From positions 1 to 11,853 of the forward strand of contig JBBRXO010000086.1 of the NCBI GenBank assembly GCA_038248345.1: DNA of 11,853 bases. Direction: 5' to 3'. Each line of letters opens with the position of its first letter. Position 1 is the stretch's first letter. Origin of the DNA: Armatimonadota bacterium (GTDB lineage Bacteria > Armatimonadota > Hebobacteria > CAIYQO01). The notes beneath the pieces were generated by a model. That model saw only the letters and a program-made list of their open reading frames with translations, made no database searches and was not told the origin of the DNA. Below are positions 1 to 6,710 of the stretch, piece after piece. The position numbers were made by a program, and so were the translations under genes.

Positions 1-137
1 AAAAAACGCTGGCAATCCCCCCGCCGACCTGACCCGCTTCCTCCCCTGGAAAGCCAGCAAAGAAGACCTCGCCGCCTGGAAACTAGCCCCCTCTTCAAAT
101 TAAGCAGGAGAAGGGGTGGGGTTTACCGAATACTTAC
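1..137 (+). mobile_element. Right end of a probable IS66-family insertion sequence (truncated by the window edge)
   Basis: Transposase-like C-terminus (FLPW) stops at 103. It is followed by GGGGTTTACCGAATACTTAC ending at 137, whose reverse complement begins GTAAG, the typical IS66 terminal IR start. Composition becomes AT-rich right after 137. Confidence 0.75.
2..103 (+). CDS. C-terminal fragment of IS66-family transposase (5' end outside the window)
   Basis: Hand translation of frame 2: KNAGNPPADLTRFLPWKASKEDLAAWKLAPSSN* (TAA at 101-103). The (L/F)LPW motif near the C-terminus is typical of IS66 TnpC. Not in the ORF track because it lacks a start. Confidence 0.7.
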   Translation, partial: KNAGNPPADLTRFLPWKASKEDLAAWKLAPSSN

Positions 138-153
138 TTTCCAACAAATGGGG

Positions 154-199
154 TATAGTATAATTGTGCCTCAAATAGAGGCAATAAATTTTGTGAGGT
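154..199 (+). promoter_or_regulatory. Putative -10 box(es) and RBS for the 206..1045 gene
   Basis: TATAAT at 159-164 (overlapping TATAGT at 154-159) and GAGGT at 195-199, 6 nt before the ATG. No clear -35; its expected position falls on the IS end. Confidence 0.45.
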
Positions 200-205
200 A
201 AAAAG

Positions 206-1045
206 ATGCGAATCACACAATTACTGGCGATAGTCACACTATTCGGCGTCGCCACAGCTGCCGGAGCGGTGACGCTGGCCTTTAAGGATAACGCCGGGGA
301 CAAGCGTGAATACGCTACCACGACGAAACTCACTGGCGTGGCACAGACGGCGATGGGCGCCATGCCGATTACCGTGGAAATGACCATGACCAGTAGCGAG
401 AAGGTGAACACCGTCAAAGACAAAGTAGCAGACGTTACCTACTCAATAACCGGCGGAAGCAGCAAAATGACGATTGGCGCACTACTGGGAATGGATGAGA
501 TTGAGCCAATTATCACCAAGATACCGGCATTCTCCTTCAACTTCACCCGCACTCCCGACGGAAAAATCGACAAAGTAACGCTAACCGGGACGGGGACTAG
601 CCTGCTTGGCGGGCCCTTGGATGCGCTGAACAACCAACTGCTGAATCCGAGCCAGAGCATAGCTTTCCCGGCGAAAGATCTGAAAGAGGGAGACAAGTGG
701 GAGGTGCCGATGTCGATCACCCTCAACGGCTCCCCGGTGACGATCTCCGTCAAATATGTATTAGTAGGCACCGAGACGCGCAACAAAAAGACCTACCAAA
801 AACTCACCTGTGATTTGGAGATGAAAGCGGCTCAATTGGCGATCCCCATGCCCGGAGCAACATCGAAGGTTAATATGGCCATGACGATGAAGGGCCAGAC
901 TATTGAACTATTTGATGCGGAAGCGGGCGAGCTTTTCTCCTCGGCGATGAAGGCCGACATAACGCTGGTCACTACCATAGCCGGTGCGGAAGAAGCGAAC
1001 TCCACCATTACCCTGAGTATTGATGGGACAACCACAAAGAAATAG
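206..1045 (+). CDS. Secreted hypothetical protein, beta-strand rich (possibly DUF6263-like)
   Basis: 279 aa with an RBS and a Sec-type signal peptide (MRITQLLAIVTLFGVATAAGA|V). Thr-rich alternating beta pattern and an FPAKDLKEGDKW segment. Confidence 0.85.
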   Translation: MRITQLLAIVTLFGVATAAGAVTLAFKDNAGDKREYATTTKLTGVAQTAMGAMPITVEMTMTSSEKVNTVKDKVADVTYSITGGSSKMTIGALLGMDEIEPIITKIPAFSFNFTRTPDGKIDKVTLTGTGTSLLGGPLDALNNQLLNPSQSIAFPAKDLKEGDKWEVPMSITLNGSPVTISVKYVLVGTETRNKKTYQKLTCDLEMKAAQLAIPMPGATSKVNMAMTMKGQTIELFDAEAGELFSSAMKADITLVTTIAGAEEANSTITLSIDGTTTKK

Positions 1046-1071
1046 CGAAGGGATGAAAGATCGTAATCGCG

Positions 1072-1108
1072 CAGCTATGCCACGCCCCGCAAGGGCGTGG
1101 CATAGCTG
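1072..1108. terminator. Perfect 16-bp stem hairpin between convergent genes (bidirectional terminator or REP-like element)
   Basis: CAGCTATGCCACGCCC-cgcaa-GGGCGTGGCATAGCTG lies between the stops at 1045 and 1118. No U-tract on either side. Confidence 0.6.
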
Positions 1109-1117
1109 TATCCAGCG

Positions 1118-2269
1118 CTAGCGCAGCACATTCCGCTGCGAGCGGCGGTATTCGCCGGGGGTTTGGCCGGTGATCTTCTGAAAGACTTTGGTGAAATAGC
1201 TCTGGTCTTTGAAGCCGCAATCGAAGCAGATTTGAATCAGGCTTTTCTCGCTGAGTACGAGTAATTCGCGCGCTTTATCGACGCGCATCACAGCGAGTAA
1301 CTCGGTGAACGGGCGTCCGATAGTCTGCTTGAAGACGCGGCTGAAATGAGACGGAGAGAGGCAGGCGATAGTGGCCACTTCGTCGCGGGTGAGCTCCTCG
1401 CTCAGGTGCTCCTGCATATACTTAAGGGCAGCCGCGATGAGTATGCTGCTGGGGTAACTGTTGTTGGCGGTGATGGCGTCCATCATGCGTTCCAACATCT
1501 TCACCAGCCAGGAGCACAGCTCTTCTTCACCCTCGATGTCGGCCAGTTCAGTAAAGCTGGAGTAGTTAGCCCCCAGTAGCTCGGTGGGGTCGGCCCCTGC
1601 CTCTACCGCACAGCGTGACATCGTCACCACCAGCTCCAGCAGGAAGCTCTTCAGCAACATTGGCCGGCCCTGACCCAGGAAATAGATACCTACCAGTACG
1701 CGGTTGAGTATCTCCCGCGCCGCCGCCCGGTCGCCGCGTTTGATGGCGGAGATCAGCGCCGGCTCTTCGATGAGATAAACGTCGCGTATCGACTGATAGT
1801 TTTGCCCCTTAAGATCATGAATGGCCTCGGCGCGTTCCGATTCCAATCGCGCCGCGCGCCGTCTTAGCTCCAACAGCGCCGCATTGGTCAGGTTCGTAAT
1901 CTCCGCCAGAGTCAACAGGGCAGCCATGGCGCGGCGTGTCTCGGCGGGGGACAGCTCCGGGGCGTCGCTCTCGGCGCGTTCTACTACCAAACCGCCGAGG
2001 ATATCGCCGTTATGCATCACCGGCACCGCCCACAGGATAATTCCATCGGGGGTGAGCAGCAGTGATGGTTCTCCCCAGCGCAGAGCCTCTTCCACTGCAT
2101 GGAGCCGGAACGAAGCATGGTCGCCTGTCGCCTGGCCCGCCAGCAGTGCGCCGCTGGCATCCACCAATAAGCAGGTCAGCCCCCAGCTTTGGGCGTAGCC
2201 CTCCGACAGCGCGGGGTAGGCCTCCAGTGCCATCTTTAAGATTGGGTTGTTGAGGGTTTTATTCAGCAA
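1118..2269 (-). CDS. AraC-family transcriptional regulator with N-terminal PocR-like sensor domain
   Basis: C-terminal double HTH (LTRDEVATIACLSPSHFSRVFKQ...ICFDCGFKDQSYFTKVFQKITGQTPGEYR). N-terminal EEALRWGEP...WAVPVM segment resembles PocR. Start is either TTG 2269 (overlapping the coaBC stop) or ATG 2233. Confidence 0.9.
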   Translation of the reverse strand: MLNKTLNNPILKMALEAYPALSEGYAQSWGLTCLLVDASGALLAGQATGDHASFRLHAVEEALRWGEPSLLLTPDGIILWAVPVMHNGDILGGLVVERAESDAPELSPAETRRAMAALLTLAEITNLTNAALLELRRRAARLESERAEAIHDLKGQNYQSIRDVYLIEEPALISAIKRGDRAAAREILNRVLVGIYFLGQGRPMLLKSFLLELVVTMSRCAVEAGADPTELLGANYSSFTELADIEGEEELCSWLVKMLERMMDAITANNSYPSSILIAAALKYMQEHLSEELTRDEVATIACLSPSHFSRVFKQTIGRPFTELLAVMRVDKARELLVLSEKSLIQICFDCGFKDQSYFTKVFQKITGQTPGEYRRSQRNVLR

Positions 2270-3504
2270 AACTTCTGTCCAAATTCTACCAGAAATTCTA
2301 TAATCTGCTCTGCCATCGCTTCTTTGCTTTGCAACTGCAGCTCTATTCGGGTACCGTTGCGAGTAAAGAGCACGGCGCTATTGGTGTCGCAGCCAAAGCC
2401 AGCTCCGGAGGTAGTTATATCATTGGCGATGATGATGTCGGCATTCTTTCGTTCCATTTTTTCTAGGGCGTACTCTTCCAATCGCTCTGTTTCGGCGGCG
2501 AAGGCAACGATAATTTGCCCATGACGTTTGTGGGCGCCGATAGTAGCCAGGATGTCAGTGGCGGGCAGCAACTCCAGATTTTCCGCAGTGACGCCAGTTT
2601 TCTTCAGCTTCTGGGGTGCCACGGTGTGCGGGGTGAAGTCAGCGGGGGCGGCGGCACCGATGATGATATCCATTTCAGCGGCGACGGCCAGCGCCGCTGC
2701 TGCCATCTCCGCGTTGGAGACGATGTTAATTTGGGTTACTCCCGGCAAGGCGGGCAAATCCACCGGGCCACTCACCAGTGTCACCCGTGCCCCGTGGGCA
2801 GCCGCGGCACGCGCCAGCGCGTAGCCCATTTTGCCGGTTGAAGGATTGGAGATATAACGCACCGGGTCGAGATATTCGCGCGTGGGGCCCGCGGTCACCA
2901 GTACCTGCTTGCCCGCCATATTTTGTGCGGTGCCGAGAAAAAGGCGTGCCAGCGGCGCAATGATCTCGTCCAGTGGGGCCAATCTGCCATTGCCCGTGTA
3001 GCCACAAGCCAGCTCGCCGGTGCTGGGGCCGATGAATTTCACCCCTCGCGCCGTCAGTGTGGCCACATTCGCCTGGGTGGCAGGATTATCCCACATGTGT
3101 ACATTCATCGCCGGGGCGATGAATCGTGGGGCGGTGATGGCCAACGCTACCGAGGAGAGCAGGTCGTCCGCCAGCCCCATAGCTAATTTAGCGATGATAT
3201 TGGCGCTGGCCGGGGCGATGAGCAATATATCGGCATCGTCCGCCAGCCCGATATGCTGTACGTCCCAGGAGTCAGCATCTGCGAAAAGCTCGGTGTAGAC
3301 CTTATTGCCGGTGAGTGTCTGCAGCGTGACCGGGGTGATAAACTGCGCTCCACTGGCGGTGAGTATCGCGCGGACGCTAATCCGACGATCGGGATTAGCC
3401 GGGTCGCGCAAGGCACGCAGGGTGCGGATGATCTCCGCCGCTTTGTATGCGGCGATGGAGCCGGTGATACCCAGAACTACGGTAAAATTGTTGCCTTTAC
3501 CCAT
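2263..3504 (-). CDS. coaBC: Bifunctional phosphopantothenoylcysteine decarboxylase / phosphopantothenate-cysteine ligase
   Basis: Motifs LGITGSIAAYKA, IAPASANIIAKLA, APAMNVHMW, GELACGYTGNGRL, TAGPTREYLDPVRYISNPSTGKMG, FAAETE. Start placed at ATG 3504, which overlaps the gmk stop, rather than 3531. Confidence 0.97.
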   Translation of the reverse strand: MGKGNNFTVVLGITGSIAAYKAAEIIRTLRALRDPANPDRRISVRAILTASGAQFITPVTLQTLTGNKVYTELFADADSWDVQHIGLADDADILLIAPASANIIAKLAMGLADDLLSSVALAITAPRFIAPAMNVHMWDNPATQANVATLTARGVKFIGPSTGELACGYTGNGRLAPLDEIIAPLARLFLGTAQNMAGKQVLVTAGPTREYLDPVRYISNPSTGKMGYALARAAAAHGARVTLVSGPVDLPALPGVTQINIVSNAEMAAAALAVAAEMDIIIGAAAPADFTPHTVAPQKLKKTGVTAENLELLPATDILATIGAHKRHGQIIVAFAAETERLEEYALEKMERKNADIIIANDITTSGAGFGCDTNSAVLFTRNGTRIELQLQSKEAMAEQIIEFLVEFGQKFC

Positions 3505-4138
3505 CGAGTAGCCCCCGCAGCAATTTCTCACTGTCCAGTCTTGCCGGACGACATCGGGTAGCAGCTATGATAGTACACAGTTGTTCCACCGCGACATCCA
3601 GGTCATCGTTGATGATCAAGTAATCATATTCGGGGATATGCTTGATCTCATTACGGGCGATGCCGAGACGAAGTTGTACCTTCTCTTCCGTCTCCGTGTC
3701 ACGTCCGCGCAGTCGCCGTTCCAGTTCGCTCATATTGGGTGGAGCGAGGAAGATAGTCACGGCATCCGGGTACTTTGCCCGCACCAGATACATCCCTTGC
3801 ACATCTATTTCCAGCACCACATCAAGGCCAGCGTGCAATTTCTCCTGCACCGGTAGTTGGGGGGTGCCGTAGTGGTTGCCGCAAACTCCGGCGTATTCCA
3901 GCATCTCCCCCCGCGTCACCATGCTATCATATTCATCCTCGGAGATGAAACGATAGTCAATATCAGCGATTTCGTTCTCCCGTGGTGCCCGGGTAGTCGC
4001 GGAGACTGAACGATAGATGCTCCCTAATCGTTCGCTGGTACGCTTATAAACTTCATTTTTCCCTACCCCAGACGGGCCAGAGAGGATGAATAATGATCCT
4101 GCCACAGTTACTGTGATGAGTGCTGCCGTGTTTTGCAT
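3497..4138 (-). CDS. gmk: Guanylate kinase
   Basis: P-loop LSGPSGVGK, SVSATTRAPRENE, YGTP, VVLEIDVQG, LERRLRGRDTE, YDYLIINDDL. Start probably ATG 4138 just after the upstream stop; a later GTG start is possible. Confidence 0.97.
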   Translation of the reverse strand: MQNTAALITVTVAGSLFILSGPSGVGKNEVYKRTSERLGSIYRSVSATTRAPRENEIADIDYRFISEDEYDSMVTRGEMLEYAGVCGNHYGTPQLPVQEKLHAGLDVVLEIDVQGMYLVRAKYPDAVTIFLAPPNMSELERRLRGRDTETEEKVQLRLGIARNEIKHIPEYDYLIINDDLDVAVEQLCTIIAATRCRPARLDSEKLLRGLLDG

Positions 4139-4142
4139 ATAC

Positions 4143-4397
4143 CTACTTCTTCGTGTCAATTACAAATTTCGCATCAAATACAATATCGCGCAAACCGGGT
4201 ATGCGGCGCGTGCTGTCCATTATCGCTTTTATCTCTTCCCGGGGGACTATCAATGTCCCCAGTTGCGGGCGGATAATTCCCGATATGTACCCAACTCCCC
4301 GGGCAACGGAGACTTTTGTATCGGAAAAGTCGAGATCCTGCCGGCGGGTCAATTCACGCTCCAGCAGACGCCACATCTGTTTGTCTTCTACACTCAT
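4143..4397 (-). CDS. Small cytoplasmic hypothetical protein with a BON-like fold
   Basis: 84 aa. RBS GGAGGT (4406-4411) and ATGA overlap with the upstream gene. Helix-beta-beta-helix-beta pattern with D near the start, VSVARGVGYISG and IPGLRDIV, as in BON domains. No signal peptide. Confidence 0.8.
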   Translation of the reverse strand: MSVEDKQMWRLLERELTRRQDLDFSDTKVSVARGVGYISGIIRPQLGTLIVPREEIKAIMDSTRRIPGLRDIVFDAKFVIDTKK

Positions 4398-5125
4398 GGC
4401 TCGATACCTCCATTTGTAACTTTCGTCACTTGGCGTATCACCTTTATATCCGTGGCAATACTTTCCCGCAACCGAATGCGGGGCGAATATAACCGGGCAC
4501 GAAATGGCGCCACTCCCAGCTGGCGGGGGGTCACTGGCAATGTCACCACCATGCGCCCCGCTGGTGGCAACCCCAGATACTCCAGAACCATACGTCCTTG
4601 CTCATGCGTCGAACGTACCGGTTCCGGGGTCGGCATCCCTCCCACTAACACTGATTCATCGAATTCAATAAATATCGGGGGGCTTTCCTGCCTGCACGCG
4701 CTCGTTAAGGTTATCGTCACCGGAAAAGATTTATTCCAGCTTACTTCCGCCGGCGCGGATATCTCCATTTGTATCGCATTGGCGTCCGATGCCCACACAG
4801 ATGGATTGGTGACAAAAACCGTCCAAATTATCATCGCTATAACAATCGCCAGCGAGGCTGGAACCCACAAAGTAGCCGCTAGCGGCGAGTATATATTCGT
4901 TACTTTCTCCGTCAATTTAGATGTAAATTGCGGACAATTTTTCGCTGCCTCGCCATCATCAATATAATAGATCTGCGCTTGCAGATCATTACACTGATTA
5001 TTCTCGAAATGGCGGCAATTATCACACCGCAATAAGTCAGTATGACATTGCGGACAACGCTTCAACTTCGCTTCTTCATCATTATTCAATTGGCCGCATT
5101 GCGGACATCTGGTATATATCGCCAC
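4394..5125 (-). CDS. Single-pass membrane protein with N-terminal 8-Cys metal-binding region and C-terminal Ig-like beta domain
   Basis: GTG 5125 has RBS GAGGGGTG 5 nt upstream and lies downstream of a promoter, giving 243 aa. Contains CPQC..CPQC..CDNC..C..CPQF, then TM helix LWVPASLAIVIAMIIWTVFVT, then a beta-rich domain (MEISAPAEVSWNKSFPVTITLTS...). Confidence 0.85.
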   Translation of the reverse strand: MAIYTRCPQCGQLNNDEEAKLKRCPQCHTDLLRCDNCRHFENNQCNDLQAQIYYIDDGEAAKNCPQFTSKLTEKVTNIYSPLAATLWVPASLAIVIAMIIWTVFVTNPSVWASDANAIQMEISAPAEVSWNKSFPVTITLTSACRQESPPIFIEFDESVLVGGMPTPEPVRSTHEQGRMVLEYLGLPPAGRMVVTLPVTPRQLGVAPFRARLYSPRIRLRESIATDIKVIRQVTKVTNGGIEP

Positions 5126-5150
5126 CTGCTCACCCCTCGGTAATTTGATA

Positions 5151-5179
5151 ACTTTACACCACGTGCCAAAAATTCGCAA
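5151..5179 (-). promoter_or_regulatory. Sigma70-type promoter for the Cys-rich protein/BON-like/gmk/coaBC/AraC operon
   Basis: Minus strand TTGCGA (5179-5174), a 17-nt spacer, and TAAAGT (5156-5151), just upstream of the RBS for GTG 5125. Confidence 0.6.
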
Positions 5180-5227
5180 GTAACCTTGTATTACAATTAA
5201 CAGGGCGGCATTTTGCACCGCTGAATA

Positions 5228-6484
5228 TTAGGAGATTAACTCCACCACTCCGGCTATGGCCGCGTCAAAGGCGTCGACTACGCGGTCGATCTGCTCCTCG
5301 GTGACCACCAGCGGCGGCTCGAAGCGGATGACGCGGGGGTTGTTGAGCGTGTAGGCGGCGAGGATGTGCTGCTGAGCGAAGCCGGCGATGACCAGCGAAG
5401 CGAAGTCCTGATCGGTGAACTCCACGCCTACCAACAAGCCGAGGCCGCGTACCTCGGTGATCACCTGCGGATAGCGCTCCGCCACGGCGCGCAGGCCGGC
5501 GATCATGTGCGCGCCCAGCGTGGCGGCGCGCTCGGGGAGTTTATCCTCCAGCATTACTTCGAGAGTGGCCAGGCCCGCGGCGCAGGCCAGCTCATTGCCC
5601 CCAAAGGTGCTGGAATGTAACAGCGGGTTCGGCTCGAAGGCTTTCCACACTGTTGGATTGCCCATGAAGACGCCGATGGGCATCACGCCGCCGCCCAGCG
5701 CCTTGGCCAGTGTCATGATGTCCGGCGTGACGCACCAATGCTGACAGCCGAAGAGCTTGCCGGTGCGCCCGAAACCGGTCTGCACCTCGTCAAAGATGAG
5801 CAGCGCGCCCGCATCGTCGCAGATCTGGCGTAATCCCGCCAGGTAGCCGTCCGGGGCGACGATGACGCCGTTCTCCCCCTGCACCGGCTCCACGATGACG
5901 GCGGCGGTCTCCTGATTGATAATAGCGCTTGCCGCTGCGCAATCGCCGAAGGGTACGTGGGCGAAATCGCCTACCAATGGCAGGAAGGGTTTGCGGAAGA
6001 CTTCACGCCCGGAGGCGCTCAAGCCGCCGAAGGTTTTGCCGTGGAAGCCGCCGGAGGTGGCGACTATCTTAGTGCGCCCGGTGGCCAGCCGCGCCAGCTT
6101 CAGCGCGCCCTCCACCGCCTCGGTGCCGCTGTTGCAGAAGAAGCTATACTGCAGATCACCCGGGGCAAGTTGCGCCAGCCGCTCGGCCAGATCCGCCTGC
6201 GGGCGATTGAAGAGCACGCGCGTGCTCATCGGCATACGCTCCAGTTGTGCGCGCACCGCCGCCACCACTTTCGGGTGGGAATGCCCCACCGAGAACACGC
6301 CGTAACCACCGAGGAAGTCCAGGTACTCGACCCCCGCCGTATCGCGCACTACCGCGCCTGACCCGGTCCATTCCACCGCGTGGAACCCGGCGAAATCCAT
6401 CATCGCCGCCAACCCGGGATTGACGTAACGTCGGTACTTCTCAATCGTCTCATCGACGAACTCAGGCGTTGTGAAATCAGTCAT
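5228..6484 (-). CDS. Class III PLP-dependent aminotransferase, putrescine aminotransferase (PatA/YgjG)-like
   Basis: YLDFLGGYGVFSVGH, FCNSGTEAVEGALK, FHGKT, LIFDEVQTGFGRTG, PDIMTLAKALGGG (PLP Lys), NPLLHSSTFGGN and TLNNPRVIRFEPPL, which resembles PatA more than ArgD/RocD. RBS GGAGG. Substrate not certain. Confidence 0.9.
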   Translation of the reverse strand: MTDFTTPEFVDETIEKYRRYVNPGLAAMMDFAGFHAVEWTGSGAVVRDTAGVEYLDFLGGYGVFSVGHSHPKVVAAVRAQLERMPMSTRVLFNRPQADLAERLAQLAPGDLQYSFFCNSGTEAVEGALKLARLATGRTKIVATSGGFHGKTFGGLSASGREVFRKPFLPLVGDFAHVPFGDCAAASAIINQETAAVIVEPVQGENGVIVAPDGYLAGLRQICDDAGALLIFDEVQTGFGRTGKLFGCQHWCVTPDIMTLAKALGGGVMPIGVFMGNPTVWKAFEPNPLLHSSTFGGNELACAAGLATLEVMLEDKLPERAATLGAHMIAGLRAVAERYPQVITEVRGLGLLVGVEFTDQDFASLVIAGFAQQHILAAYTLNNPRVIRFEPPLVVTEEQIDRVVDAFDAAIAGVVELIS

Positions 6485-6566
6485 CTTTCGGCCTCCATCC
6501 CTAGCAATACATTTCCATGCAGTAATGTGAATATCCTGCAGGTATCGAGGTAATTGTTTTCACCAC

Positions 6567-6608
6567 TATCGTGGCATGGGCGCCCCGCTCATGAGAACGG
6601 GCAAATAG
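6567..6608 (+). repeat. 42-bp REP-like repeat, copy A (GTGG-tagged hairpin)
   Basis: tatcGTGGCATGGGCGcccCGCtCATGagaacgggcaaatag is 38/42 identical to 10756-10797 in direct orientation. Confidence 0.85.
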
Positions 6609-6643
6609 CGCGTAAATATATGGGTAACCCCTGGGAACGCAGG

Positions 6644-6700
6644 GATACCCCGGCATAAATGCCAGGGGTATCGTTATACGCCAGATGAATCTGGCTTTTT
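6644..6700. repeat. Double-hairpin REP-like element, possibly acting as a terminator
   Basis: GATACCCC-GGCATaaATGCC-a-GGGGTATC (6644-6672) and GCCAGATgaATCTGGC (6680-6695), followed by TTTTT on the + strand. Confidence 0.6.
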
Positions 6701-6710
6701 CTGGCTATCT

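Noticed and set aside
100..1220. Minus-strand ORFs 100..423, 439..786, 832..1035, 1008..1220
   Set aside because: Antisense to the signal-peptide gene or out of frame within the AraC gene; no supporting features.
4086..4967. 293-aa + strand ORF
   Set aside because: Antisense across three minus-strand genes that have RBSs and coupled junctions.
5126..5218. N-terminal extension MQNAALLIVI..., which resembles the gmk start MQNTAALITV
   Set aside because: The extension spans the promoter and lacks an RBS. The nucleotide match is only about 7 nt (TGCAAAA), most likely coincidence.
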